From Vicugna vicugna (taxonomy: Eukaryota), in assembly GCA_013265495.1 (NCBI GenBank), contig MU058781.1, forward strand, positions 11,079,009 through 11,143,008: DNA of 64,000 nt. The letters run 5' to 3'. The notes beneath the pieces were generated by a model. The model searched no databases and was not told the DNA's origin. It worked only from the letters and a program-made list of their open reading frames with translations. A program made the position numbers and the translations under genes. Positions 26,410-39,997 of this stretch are shown one piece after another (the stretch's first letter is position 1; each line of letters starts with the position of its first letter).

Positions 26410-26575
26410 AAATATATATATATATATGTTGGATGAAATTTATTACTTTTTCCTCTTCTTTTGTTGGGAGGGGCAGTAATCAGGCTTGTTTATTTATTTA
26501 TTGGAAGTACTGGGGATTGGACCAGGACCTCATGCATGCTGAGCATGCACTCTACCACTGAGCTATAACCTCCCT
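26410..26575 (-). mobile_element. tRNA-derived SINE (camelid Vic-1-like)
   Basis: On the - strand GGGAGGTTATAGCTCAGTGGTAGAGTGCATGCTCAGCATGCATGAGGTCCTGGTCCAATCCCCAGTAC (A and B boxes), plus an A-rich tail. Confidence 0.8.
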
Positions 26576-27469
26576 CTGGAATTCAGCGTTTTTTGAGTTC
26601 TTCATTTGATCTTCAGCTGTATCTGCCTTTGAATGTAGGAAAAAATAATTCTTTTAAATGCTGCCAGTGAGGCCTCTGAATTTCACACTCTGCTTTAAAT
26701 TCTTGAGCCATAGATCTAAACCTGTTATTTTCTTTCTTCAATGTTTAAAGGACACTTAGCGAGAGCAACCTAATTCCATAGTCCTCTTTAGGGTAACTAT
26801 TTCCCCATAAACCTCTCAAACCCCAGAGACACTGCACCATTTAGTGCATCCCCTCCCACCTACGTACATTTACCACAAGTGACATAGTATGCCAAAGACT
26901 ATCAAGCCTCCACCAACCCCCAGGGATGGGGTACCCATTGCTGTCTCTCTGATGAGTTATCCACCTCCAGAAGTCCATTCTAGAACTCTGTTTCTAGCCT
27001 ATGCTATTATAGTACCCCTGTCTGGGGTTGTGTCTTCTAGATACAGAAACTGAGATAGGGATTCTTGTATGGCTTATTGAGGTAAGGCTCTTAGAAGAAT
27101 AACAGGAATGGGAAAAACAGGAGAGAGTAGAGGGGAAAGGAGAGCAAGGATATATCTCAGCTAAAAAGTAGCCTGATGCCACAGGGAGCTCTGGACCACA
27201 GATTGCACCACAGAGTCAGTCCTACCTTTAGACAAGAGGGCTGGCTTTTTTTCCTCTCATGTCAGTCAGCCATTGACTGCAAGCTACCAGTGTAAGACTG
27301 TAACCTCTTGGGAAAGCCAGCGTATGTTTGGCTGATGGGAGTTCCCTGAAGAAAGTCAACACTCTTAGCATTTGGTGGACCAGTACCCTGGCCAAGTAAA
27401 ATGGGATCCAGCTGGGGCACCAAAAGCATCCCCTACATATAACCTCTTACCCAGGAAGTTAGCAAAGCA

Positions 27470-28210
27470 ATAGGGAAAATTAAAAAAACTATTTAAAGCC
27501 AAATGATGATAAAAAAAGTATTTATATCAAAACTTGTGGTTATAGCTAATGTGATACATACTGGTAAATTTACAGCCTCCAAAGCGTATGTTAGAATGAA
27601 TAAAGCCAAAATGTGCTAGCAAGGCATTCAGCTTAAGAAGTTATACAAAACACACAGAAAGCAGAAGGAAGGGAATACTAGTGATAAGAAAAGAGAGCAA
27701 TAATAAAATAGAAAAATAGTGCAGAGGATCAAAAAATTGAGTATTTTCAAAACATTAATAAAAACAAATATATGGCAATATTGAACAAAAAAGAGAAAAA
27801 CACAGATAAACCATATTAGAAATGAAAAATAGAAAACATGAATTCATTTAGACAAGAGTTTTTAAAAGTTCTAAAATAATACTATAAATAACTTTGGCAA
27901 ATAAATTCAAAAACATGAAAGAAATGAACAATTTTCTAGATAAATATGAATTGCCAATTTGATTCAAGAAGCAGAAAACCTGAATAGACATACAACCTTA
28001 AAGGAAACTGAATTTTTTTAAAAAACTACTTTAAACATACAAACTCAACACCACACTGAGGCAGTTTTATAAGTAATCAAATATTCAAGAAAAAGATGAC
28101 TCACATCTACTTTTTAGTGAATAGAAAAGGAAGAAAACATTTTCTCCTCATTTTATGAAGCAACTAGAAACTTGATATTAAACCAGGAAAAGGAAAATTT
28201 TTTTAATTGA
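27470..28210 (+). mobile_element. Old degenerate L1 ORF2 fragment
   Basis: A-rich sequence with L1 ORF2 motifs (tatcaaaacttgtgg, gaaatgaacaattttctaga, gaaaacctgaatagac). Confidence 0.65.
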
Positions 28211-28286
28211 TTAAGGAGATTTACTCATCCAGACATCACTTCTTTTTATACTAATTTTCTAGACTAATTTAAAAAGTGAAGTTTTG

Positions 28287-29581
28287 CTGGACAGGTAGCG
28301 TGTAAATCAATGAAGCTAGAACACTCCCTTACACCATACACAAAAATAAAATCAAAATGGATCAAAGACTTAAACATAAGACAAGATACAATAAACCTCC
28401 TAGAAGAAAATATAGACAAAACATTATCTGACATACATCTCAGAAATGCTCTCCTAGGGCAGTCTACCCAAGAAATAGAAATAAAAGCAAGAATAAACAA
28501 ATGGGACCTAATGAAACTTACAAGCTTCGGCACAGCAAAGGAAATCATAAGTAAAACAAAACGACAACCTACAGAATGGGAGAAAATTTTTGCAAATGAA
28601 ACCAACAAAGGCTTGATCTCCAGAATATATAAGCAGCTCATATGACTTAATAAGAAACAAACCAACAACCCAATCCAAAAATGGGCAGAAGATCTAAACA
28701 AGCAATTCTCCAAGGAAGACATACAAATGATCAATATGCACATGAAAAAATGCTCAATATCACTAATTATCAGAGAAATACAAATCAAAACTACAATGAG
28801 ATATCACCTCACACCAGTCAGAATGGCCATCATTCAAAAGTCCACAAATGACAAATGCAGGAGAGGCTGTGGAGAAAAGGGAACCCTCCTACACTGCTGG
28901 TGGGAATACAGTTTGGTGTAGCCACTATGGAAAACAGTATGGAGATTCCTCAAAAGACTAGGAATACACTTACCATATGACCCTGGAATCCTGCTCCTGG
29001 GCATATATCCAGAAGGAACCCTACTTCAAAATGACACCTGCACCCCAATGTTCATAGCACATTTACAATAGCCAAGACATAGGAACAGCCTAAATGTCCA
29101 TCAACAGATGACTGGATAAAGAAGAGGTGGTATATTTATACAATGGAATACTATTCAGCCATAAGACTCGACAACATAACGCCATTTGCAGCAACATGGA
29201 TGTTACTGGAGAATGTCATTCTAAGTGAAGTAAGCCAGAAAGAGAAAGAAAAATACCACATGAAATTGCTCATATGCAGAATCTAAATAAATAAATAAAT
29301 AAATAAATACAAAACAGAAACAGACTCATAGACATAGAATACAAACTTGTGGTTGCCAGGGGGACAGGGGGTGGGAAGGGACTGGGATTTCAAAATGTAG
29401 AATAGATAAACAAGATTGTACTGTGTAGCACAGGGAAATATATACAGGATCTTGTGGTGGCTCACAGTGAAAGAGAATGTGATAATGAATCTATGTATGT
29501 ATAACTGAAAAATTGTGCTCTACACTGGAATTTGACACAACATTGTAAAATGACTATAACTCAATTTAAAAAAAGTTTAAA
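28287..29581 (+). mobile_element. 5'-truncated, relatively young LINE-1 (ORF2 C-terminus + 3'UTR) with a 16-bp TSD
   Basis: ORF2 peptides [18 protein letters not shown] and [13 protein letters not shown]. Perfect TSD AAAAAGTGAAGTTTTG at 28271-28286 and 29582-29597, at a TT|AAAA endonuclease site. Confidence 0.93.
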
Positions 29582-32314
29582 AAAAAGTGAAGTTTTGGCA
29601 TAGGGAGCCCAAATAATACAGAATGGAAGCAAACAGAATGGAAGCAGACCATCAGGCCAGAGAATCTATAGACAAACCACCCTCTCTTGGCTATTTGTCA
29701 TCTGTGAATACAAAAACTTAGTACGCTGTCACAAGGAGAGCTGGGTACATCCAGGCTTGGGTCATTCCCAACCCAAGAAGTCATATCTAACAGTTACCAA
29801 AAAAACGGAAGGAATAAAACATAGAGTATCACATGCCCTTTAATATTGCATATAGTCACAAATATTTTTTGCATACTTGTTATTTTCTAATTTTTTTTTA
29901 TTAGACAGGAACCTTGCCTTTCAAGACTTTAAATAAGACATGCTTTCCATTGTATCTCATTATTGTCAACTGTTCTGGACATAAAATAGTCACCACAAAA
30001 GCAAAGAAGCAGTGCCCAGATTATGTCTGAGGGGCTTGCCCCCAGCCATCCTGGCCTGGAGATACAGATTTGGGAGTCACAGACACACAGATAGTTGTTA
30101 AGAGCATGACAAGGATTCAAGGAGAAAGAAGAGAAGCCAAAAAATTAACAGCCAGAGTCAGGAGAGAACCACCACAATCCTCTGTATCCAAAAACAACAA
30201 ATACAGTGAAAACAAGGGGAGAGTCTCATTTAATTTTAAACTTAATGGGTATTATTAATTTTTTTTTGCATTTTAAAAGCATTTTATTTATCACTAGCCC
30301 CACAATAAATGGAAAGAGAAGTACAGGACATCCCTGCATTACTTGTCTCCTTAACGGAAGACTGAGTTTGTGAGGGCATATGAGAGAACTGTACAATAAT
30401 TTAATAGATTAAGGTCCCATTCTGGGGAGAAAAAAATACTTAGAAACCTGCAGAAAAGCTCTATGTTTATTTTCATAAATAAGAATTTTATAACCAATGC
30501 ATGCTAGCCATTTTACAATACCTTGTAGAAATTACAGTCATTGTTGGTCGTGGGAAGTTCCTAATGTCAATTAACTATGTAGTTGAAAGAGATTTGACTT
30601 TGGCAATCTAGATGCCTCCTTTGTGGCTCAAGATTGCTTAAGGAATAACAAAGATACTCGGGTCAACTGCACAAAAGGGCCATTCATTTATTCTCAAGTA
30701 TGGTGCCCAAATCACATATATTTTGTTATTATATATCAAGAAGGCAAAATGTGTGTGCTTACCTGCTTTTGTCTCCCTAACATGAAGAAAAAAAAACTGA
30801 TTCAACAGAATGAAGGCAGTGACTATCCCACAAATTGCAGAATTTTAACCAATCTCTTGGTAAAACTGAAAATTTATTCCTATTTCTATACAAAATCTGG
30901 ATAATGTATGTAATTTACTGTGTGTTTAAAGATATCTTTATTTATCATAACAAAAATTCTGGACCTGTGTTTCTCTAACACCATTTCATAAAAGAAAAAA
31001 AAACAATAGTTTTTAAAAATTTACCTCAAATTTTTATCACCTGAACAATATGTACAAGAAGCTGTAAAAAAGTTTTTCTTTACATAATGAAGTTTGATAT
31101 CTATGCCAAATAGAAACAGAAGTATCTTTTAATGTGCTGAATTTCCACATGGTTTAAATCAAAAGTTTCTATTGTGCTTGTGAAAAATATCAAGCAAATA
31201 ATTCATAAGTGAAATATTAGCAACCCATCATAAACAAACAATAAAGCACCCAAACACATTTTAAACACGAATCTATTTGCTCAAAAAATAAACCCTAAAA
31301 GTGAGCACTGATACAGAGGTAAAAACCTAAATGCTCATAATTCAATCAAACTACAAATAATTTCCCTTATAAAGAGGACTTCTAAACATAAATCATACAA
31401 AAATGATGAACTCAACTTAATCTTTACTTACAACATCAATAATCACCCATTATTGTACACATTAAGGATTTAAGGCATAAGAAAAACAATGAAGAAAAAA
31501 ACAAAACTTCTAAAACTGACTACAGTCATTCCCTCTTCCCATATGCCATTACATTTGTGACAATGACTCAAACATTCAATTAAACTATGTGGTTTGAGCC
31601 GATGAAACTCCAGAGAACTCATTTGGTCCCATTCATAGATTAAAGCTAAGTCATTATTGGCTTAAGTCAATGGAGCTCCATTAGTTACCTCCTGATTTTA
31701 TAAATGCTTTATTGTTATCCAGACATTTTTAATTATTTCCTAATTCCCCATATCCTACAGGATGTGATGCCTTTTCAAAAATAATATTTTTCTTTTTCAT
31801 CTTTTCATTGTGGGGCCCAATTCATTCTCCATCCAAGTCACTTAGTCCTTGTGGTAGGAAATACACCATTTCATGTGGTAAGAAAAATCAGACCCATCTA
31901 AATACCACAACATTTTCTAAAAAGCCAAAATCTTATAGTATTTACAAAAATGATCTTTAATAATGAAGAACTGTATGTACTCATCACCTTAGAAAAACAG
32001 ACTAACCTTAAAAATAATGGTTCCATTCCAGGACAATACATTTACACAAGAAGGCTACAAAGCTTTTACACTGAACTTGAATATTAGATTACCAATGGAC
32101 TAATACATTAGACTTTAATTCTATTTGTAGTGAACTTGGCTACTTGGTACCAAAAACAGCCCTGGCTGGATGTTCATGGAAATCACACACACACATTGAC
32201 AAGCAGTAATGACCGTTTGACAGAGCCTGTGTTATTACGAAACACCCTGCACTTAACGTACTTAAGACTAATGACAAAGAACAGAACTGTATTCTGTAGT
32301 TACTCCAGGAAAAT

Positions 32315-32316
<2 letters not shown>

Positions 32317-32360
<44 letters not shown>
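32317..32360 (+). repeat. (GATA)11 microsatellite
   Basis: Perfect tetranucleotide tract. Confidence 0.95.
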
Positions 32361-33285
32361 CACAATCATCCCTCCCTAGAAAAAATTTTTCATTAAAATG
32401 CTGATAGCTTTCTTGAGAAGAATTTTAAATCTCTTAACATCTTAAAGAACTAAGTTCTAAAGCACCATGATCTACATCACTTCTTAGCATTTCCTTTCCA
32501 AGTGTTTGTATCTATTGCTGCTCTCAAAAGCGCCTTATTCCATTAATAATGTGGTGCCTGAGGAAGCCAGTTCAATATATGCTAAAGTGTGCCAGTGCAT
32601 CTGTAAGAGTGTTTGACATGCATCTACATATATCTAGACAGACACTTTCTGTTCAGATTGGAAACAGTTCAGATGTGATGCCTTCTGCTCAGCAGTTAAT
32701 CTACTTTTTAAAATTTTGCCTTTGCTTCTCATTGAGCCAAAAAAAAAAGTATAGAGCTCATTCTTTAGGAGAGTCAGTTAACAAGATACAGAAGACTTCC
32801 TGTTTAAAATTGGCCACAATTTTAAATAGGTGGATTAACTTGATCCTTTGCATAGAAGGTAGGTTACTGAGTGCAATTTTTGAGGATGTCAGTTTATGAG
32901 CTATAAGCTGGAGCAATAATACGAATAAATTCAAATCAATATGGCTTCACAGTCAAGAGCCTACAGACTCCAAGCCACATAGATATAGGATGGTTCTGTA
33001 TTTACAGACGGCAGCAGGAATTAACATTCTCAGAATAGAAGAAGAGGGATGAGAGTATCATATTCTTCCTGTGTCTGGCTTTCTAATACTCCCTCAAAAC
33101 ATCTTCATAAATAAAAAGTCATCCCATGGCCATAGAGAAAAAGAAGGGTATGAGTAAAAAGTTATCTTATGGCCATAGTATCATGTTTTATAACTGGAAA
33201 TCCATGAATGCTCAAAAGCTACTTTAATAGAAGCTAAACCAAGTAAAACATCCTTAGTATGAAAATGATTTTAGTTAAAATCTTC

Positions 33286-33291
33286 TTTATT
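33286..33291 (-). terminator. DCDC2: Candidate distal DCDC2 poly(A) signal (about 2.7 kb 3'UTR)
   Basis: AATAAA on the - strand at a distance similar to the recalled ~3 kb human 3'UTR. Confidence 0.4.
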
Positions 33292-35507
33292 TGCTCTGCA
33301 AAACCCCTACTGTTACATTTTAACTAACAAGCCAGTTGTTTACAAGTGTGGGAAAACCCAATTAAACTGAAGAAAAGCATTCCATTAAAATTGGAACTAT
33401 GACAGTCTACCCCAAAGAACTAACAGATGAAAGCATTCTATCATTGGTTCTCACATGAAAGCTACCTGAGTATTTCCTAACATCCTCCCTGTAAAACAAT
33501 CCCTGAAGCCTAACCAAGATCTCTCCTGTTTCCTCGCATAACGGGTCTCCAAATCTGTCAGTGAGTCTCACTCAGTTTGTGGTGCTGGTGTGCCACAGAG
33601 GCCACCAATCCCACAAAGGAACCGTCCACGTTTGGGAGGTGAATTAACTTTCATCATTTATGTTAAAGTCATCTCCAAAGTGATGTCCACAATTTTAATT
33701 CTCTGTGAATGATTTATTTCAGGGTTAGATGACATATTTCTTTCTTTCCCCCCCTTTTTTTTTAAGGAATATATGCTTGCAAAGTGTTTTAAAGTGATTA
33801 GTGACTGTTCATCCCCTCAAGTTAGGTCACAATTACATCTTGTAGACAAGTGGTAAAAATATGCACATACAAGAAAAGTATTATATCCCCATTTTTTAAT
33901 TCTTTCCTACCAGTATTGTGGCCTATCACCTTCTTGAAGTATACTTAAAATACCAAACTTAGTTTTTCATTTAAAGTAACATTGTGCTTCTCTATGACTC
34001 TTAAACAGTTCTCAAAAACCTAAATTTTAGTACTATGAAGAAAAGAACAGGAAAAAAGAGAAAGACAGAATAGCTTTATTAAAGAAGAAACTCTTCATTA
34101 AAGAAAGAAAAGAGAATGAATCAGCTTGATAATTAGTTACAATTTCTTATATTTAATCCCTTATTTTTATAAGCTTTTTGAAATTATTAACCCCAGGCCC
34201 AGTAATAGTGTGGGAATTTAAACCTTAAAAAAATCAAGTAGTTTATTTCCCTAGCATTACAAGATTATTGCTTCTAGTCTGAAGGCTTTATATTGTCCCA
34301 TTTGAAAAAGTAAGCCTGCTAGTAGAAAGCACAATCTAGAGTTTATGTTAGAAATACAGCTCAATTTACAATTCATCCTCCCAGATTAATCTACCCTTAT
34401 ATCAGTATCTCTTTCCAATACTGTCATATTATAGTCTCTGTATATACTTCCTATTTGTGGAAAATATTAAAATAGCTTCTAGGAAAAATACATCTGTTTT
34501 CTGTAGTATTATTAAGTGCTTTATATAACTACTTTGATTCCAAATGATTGGTTATGAAAACTGGAGAGGAAAAAAAAATCTTTTAAACTTATCATTAATA
34601 ATGAATTCTATGAAAGCACTAGAAGTTAATTAACAAAAATATTCTTTAATATGGGAAAATATTTTTACATTTAAGGAAGAACTGCATCATTTCTTAAGAG
34701 TTCAAAAAACAAATACTAATACGATTATGTTTTTTCCCGTATATACCTAATAAGGCAATCTGAGTTAATTTAATTAACCCACAAATCTGTGATCAGGAGC
34801 TGGTTTCATTACGATAATTTTTAAACTTTTTTCAGCAATTTCTCTCATATAACTTCTAATTATATAGAAAGGAATCTGCTTGAAAGCCTAAATACAACTG
34901 GCCATGAAATTAAATATTTGCTGATATTCCTAGGGGAAAAAACTATGAGGAGGCAGTCCTAAGAGAAATAAAGCAAAAAGGCAATGATATTGAGGAGTGA
35001 CAAACTCTTCACATAGCCTACTTTTTTTCTATTACATTGTCTTGTCCTTTTTGTTAAAAGAAGAACTGTCTGGAGAGAATTCAATCTTTGGAATAGCCAA
35101 TATTGTGTTTTCTTCTAATACCATAATGTGAAGGAGAAGAAAGGAATATTATTGGAAATGGTAGACTGGATCAGAGAAAATCCACAGGATACCAGAATTT
35201 GCAAAACATCCAGCCAGGCTCAGTGATAATAACTAGGTGTTCCTTGTTAATTTCTTCCTGAGTGTGTGTCATTAAAGCCATAAGGATTAAAACCTGAAGC
35301 AGCTAAGGGAGGGGCATGACAATATTAGTCAGGAATATACTGAGTGAACACTTCCTCCATCTAAAATGAGTATCATGCATTGTCCTTTTCATTTTTTTAT
35401 GGTGGATTTCAGCCCAGGAGGAGGAAAGAAAAGAATGTCAACAAGACACAGAAACAGTTCAGTCTACTGCCATCTCCAAATTATCTCTGAAACTAAACTG
35501 CAAGTTG

Positions 35508-35551
35508 TTTATTCAAGAGTTTATTGCTGGGAAAAAAAAAAAGAGTTTATT
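35508..35551 (-). terminator. DCDC2: Cluster of three AATAAA signals: candidate proximal DCDC2 poly(A) site
   Basis: TTTATT on the + strand at 35508, 35520 and 35546. On the - strand these have U-runs upstream and GU/U-rich sequence downstream. Confidence 0.65.
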
Positions 35552-35984
35552 GGTTAAAAAAAAAGTACATGCTTTCCTATTATGATTTTTTAAATTCTAT
35601 GCCTTCTTAGGTACGTGGTTTAGCATAAACTGCCATCTAATAATCTCACCTCTAAATTTATAAGAAAGTTTACAATAGGAATGATCCTGTTCTTCTCTTC
35701 TTTATAAAGACAAGTGGCCAATTGTCTTCCAGGGCAAATTCCCCTCCACCATTCTTATTTAATTTTTCTAAATGACTTTTAAAAACACATCCCATAAAAA
35801 GAAGTCACTTGCCTTCAGTAGCTATTCAAAGTTATCTAGTCTTTCCATTAGGCCTCTAATTTTAAACTTCAGTAGGTAGTACTTAACCGTATTGTCACAT
35901 TATGTTTAGCAATAACTATATACTTATTATTCAAGTATTATAACCCTTCATTTTTCTTATGATCTATATACTCTTCTTAAAATA

Positions 35985-36092
35985 TCATCTATGCTGTGAC
36001 AGATTATCCTTGTTTTGTTCATTATTATCATTTTCTTGTGGACTAGTGATTTTTACTTCTGGCCTTGGTGGTCTTTGAGGGTCCATGTCAGC
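35985..36092 (-). CDS. DCDC2: DCDC2 terminal coding exon (too short for the ORF track)
   Basis: Acceptor ttttcctccAG, then ADMDPQRPPRPEVKITSPQENDNNEQNKDNLSQHR-TGA. This resembles the recalled human C-terminus ADVDPQRPPRPEVKITSPEENENNQQNKDYAAVA. Confidence 0.93.
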   Translation of the reverse strand, partial: ADMDPQRPPRPEVKITSPQENDNNEQNKDNLSQHR

Positions 36093-36852
36093 CTGGAGGA
36101 AAAGAGATGAAAACAAAGATATTTAGCTCTTTAGTGACAAAGGCAATAAAATTTACAAGGAAAAAATGACTCAGTGTTGCCTTTAATCTTATAAATATTT
36201 AGCTACAAACAGTTCCTTGGGTTCCTTTTGTTGTTTAGTTTATCGTTACCCAGCGGACACGCCAATCTCAATCTTTCCTTGTTCAGGAGCCCTTTCTGGG
36301 ACCATAACCCACCATGTGTTTAAAGTTGTTATTTTTCTCAATTTTTTCCTTTATTTCCTTTTGAGCTTTTCAACAACATATTTACACTTTTCGCTTTGGC
36401 GTTTTTCAGAGAAAAAAGTGAAATGCAGCAATTTTACGCTCACGTCACATTAATCCAGCCCCATGCCAAATGTCTTCCTATTAGTTTTCTACTAGAATTG
36501 ACAAATTCTTTGTGACTATGGTACCAAGTACCATCAAGCATCAAGTAGATAAGAGCAGGACAGAAGATGAAAACCTAAAGGCGGCTTCTGCAACAGCAAC
36601 CCTGCCACTCGGACTTCTCATATGCTAATGATATCATCCCATTACAATCTTTCACCCACTAGACTGAAAACTAAGGGGGTGAGATGAGCATTAGCTGCTT
36701 TTCAAACCCTGCTGTATGGAATCCTGGAAGTGTCACTGCCTTCAAATCCTAAGTGCTTGAATAATTCCCTAAGGGTGTGCACGGTGCACACTCATGCACA
36801 CACACACACATATTCATGCAGGCACACGAGTGAGCAAAAGCAATAGAAATAC

Positions 36853-37158
36853 CTCTTCTGGTCCACTGCCAGTTCCTTGAGACTGCCCTTCCTCGTCCAC
36901 AGCCTCTCGCAGCTCATTATTAACCTGGTCCAGTTCCTCGCCATTTTCTTCATCAGTGACTCCACTCCCACGAGCAGGACCTGCCTGCTCCGCCCTGGGA
37001 TGCGAGGTCTCCTCCGCTTGCCCTGGAGCATCGCCAGCAGCCTCCCTACCTCCTTCCTCCTCAACTTCGCCATTCAATCCTGAAAAGTCTTCCTTCTGTT
37101 CCACTTCCTTGTTTTCTTTCTCTCCATCTTCCTCCTCATCTACTATTTCTGCTGGCCG
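36853..37158 (-). CDS. DCDC2: DCDC2 penultimate exon (acidic low-complexity region; equivalent to human exon 9)
   Basis: Reads RPAEIVDEEEDGEKENKEVEQKEDFSGLNGEVEEEGG...QGTGSGPEE. Acceptor catCAG and donor GAG|GTATTT; 306 nt, in frame with flanking exons. Confidence 0.95.
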
Positions 37159-39704
37159 CTGATGGAGCAAGAGGAGTAGCGGATAAAAGTAGGAAGTGTA
37201 ACAGGGACTTTCCCTCGCACAATATAACAACGTCATAATTGTGTATTACAGTCACGTAAAACTTCCTTACACTTGCAATATATACAGTGCCTCATGTGTT
37301 AACCTTTACTGAGCACCTCCTGTATACCACTCTTCACAAGTGTTTTCTCATTTAATCCTCACAACGACACTGTAAGGTTGGTATTATTCTCATTTTACAG
37401 GTGAGAAAATGAAGGTAAGGGGGACCCAGTAGTTAGCCCAACATCCTACTGTTTACAAGTGGAAGAGCCAGAATGAGAACAAAGCGTGTGACTCCAGAAT
37501 TAATGTCCTCAATCCTCACACCAGAGAGAAAACTAAATGGCAGGGGCCTTGGCCAATGTCTAGTGCAGTGGCTGGCCCAGGGAAGGAGGTAAAAAAATTC
37601 TTTGTGGAGAGTTTATCATCCTCACCACCAGTGCCTGGTATGTATTTGAATCTCTAAATACAAAAAATAATGGGCAGTGGTGATGGCCTGGGTGTGAATC
37701 CAGGTGTTCTAAAAACAAATGTGGACCGCTTTCCATACGGTGCCTAAGAGAGCTGACAGTACATCTCTAAACACAAAAATTGATGGTCATGCAGATTCAA
37801 GGCCAAGAAACTATATATTCTTTCTATAAAAATAATAAATGCTTAAGTACCTCATAAACTTTAGGCATTTTTACTTTTTTTTTTTTTGATACATATAAGT
37901 CTGCTTTAAAAGAGAAGAGGAGGACAAGTTCCACAGCCAAGACTTTGGAGAAAGACATGTTCAAGTCCTGGCCAGGCACTTACTGGCTGTTAACTAACTT
38001 CTTTGAATTTCAGATTTCCCACTTGTAAAGTGGAAATATATATAATAAAACTTCCATGGGGATTAACAAATTATATACAATGCCAAGCAAACCACCTGGC
38101 ACATCACAATCCTAAGAAAAATTAAAATATTTTCCCATTTGTTATGATCTATTCTTCCCTGAAGCTACCATGTTTCTTCACTGCCCTTAATGAATACACT
38201 GGGGGTGGCTGCCCACTGACGTATCAGAAGAGACCATGCAAAGGCCCGGGGGTCTCGGGACCAGAGACAGCAAGTTCCCTCCCTGGTGACTGAGGGATTT
38301 GGGGAGGCGGGGGTCACTCACGGTGGGATCCTAAGAGACATCTGAAGGGCTCTCAGGCACCTTGACTTGAGCTAATGGGCCTAGAGCAGCTCGTAAATTA
38401 TCTCTGAGAATTGGATAACTGTCTATCACCTCTCCTAGAAACTGTAACCCTTACTGTGCCTAAGCTTGCCCTATTCAGAGCAACTTTGAATTTTGGTTTT
38501 AAAGAGGAGTAATATAGCATTCCTTAAATTTAAAAAAATCTTTAATAATAATAACAGAAAACTCCGATTTTACTGTAATCATTGATGAATCTAGATATAT
38601 CTCTTGCCTCTGAGAATATATGACAAGAGCTTGCTAAAGTCCAGTAAGGTGACTACTTCCGTCTAAATGGGGAAAAGTCGGTTTTCCTTTACTGAAATCT
38701 GGATTGATACCTAAAAGTTGTAAAATGATAGAGTGTTGGTTTCTAGTTTTTTTTAGTTTTGTGTTTCTCATCTTACCACTTTCTTTGCTCCCAATCCCCA
38801 AACATACACAGTTTTTTTCCTCCTTTTAATGCAAAGGGCTGGGCTGAGATATATATACCCTGATCTCTTTTTAAGGAAGGAGACACCCAGTCCTACATTC
38901 AGGCTCCATTCTCCTCACTGTTATTACCACCACTACTAACAAGCAATATTATGCTTTCATCCCATTAGTTCTATTAGACTTTCCCAGCACAGCTATTTTT
39001 ATAGTCATCAAATGAAGCCATATCTGGTTAGCTCAACTAAAAATGCAAGATTATGGGGCTGAAATACCAATTTGACCAATTTACATAAGATGGTAATATT
39101 AGTTAAAAGGTTTATAATCCTTTAAAATATCCTGAGTGTAGTACAAAACTTATTATTACTACAACACTACAATTCAGGGTGAAAAAAAAAGATGCTTCTA
39201 TGACAGATCTGTAATGAATAAGTGAAAAGCAATGTGCTTTTTGGTGTAATCTCCTTTGAAGCAAGCATTAAATTATTAAAGATGTTTCCAGTGTATACAT
39301 CAATCAAATCATCCTCAGAAGGAACACTGGGTTTTACATGCATACACACACACACGGAAAAATCTGTAGCATGGTGAGGGCCAACAAAGAACTAAAAACA
39401 GCACTCCTTCTGTAAGAGATGGGAGGGAGCTATTCCTTAGGAAAGAGGAAAAGACAAGGGGCAAAGTGAGCAGGTTGCATACATCCTCGATCCACTTCCC
39501 TCCTTCTCTTGCTATAGAAAAATGATCAAAGAGGAGTCTGGTACCCCCTACACCACTCAAAACTGACATGCACTCTGGCCGTGGGACCCTCACAAAGGAG
39601 AATTTACTCAGACGAACGGGATTCTTAGCAGGCCATCGCAGGACTGTGGCTTCCACCACCCCACAGCTAGACCAGCTCTGACCTAGGAATTCGGCCATGA
39701 GTGA

Positions 39705-39997
39705 AAGGGCTATATGCAAAGCCAGATACAGAAAATCATATACTATATGATTTTATTTATATGAAACATTCGCAATATGTAAATCTATAAAGACAGAAAG
39801 TAGATTAGTGGTTGCCAGGCTTAGGAAGAGGGGAGAATAGATGAGGTTTCCTTCTGGGGAGATGAAGATGTCTTGGAACTAGACAGAGGTAGCAGTTGCA
39901 CAACAAAGTCAATGTACTAGATTTCACAGGATTGTATCTTTAAAAAGGGCTCATGGTTAATTTTATGTTATGAGAGTCCTACTTCAATTTCCAAAAA
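39705..39997 (+). mobile_element. Old L1 (L1MB/ME-like) 3' fragment
   Basis: Motifs gacagaaagtagattagtggttgccagg and ttcttctggggagatgaagatgtcttggaactagac-like. Confidence 0.7.

Noticed and set aside
28264..28788. 174-aa hydrophobic minus-strand ORF
   Set aside because: It is the antisense reading of L1 ORF2, a common artefact.
29618..29646. Direct repeat ACAGAATGGAAGCA x2
   Set aside because: Two copies only; an ordinary local duplication and not an array.
36792..37162. Alternative-frame and antisense ORFs over the DCDC2 exon
   Set aside because: These are shadows of the purine-rich coding exon.
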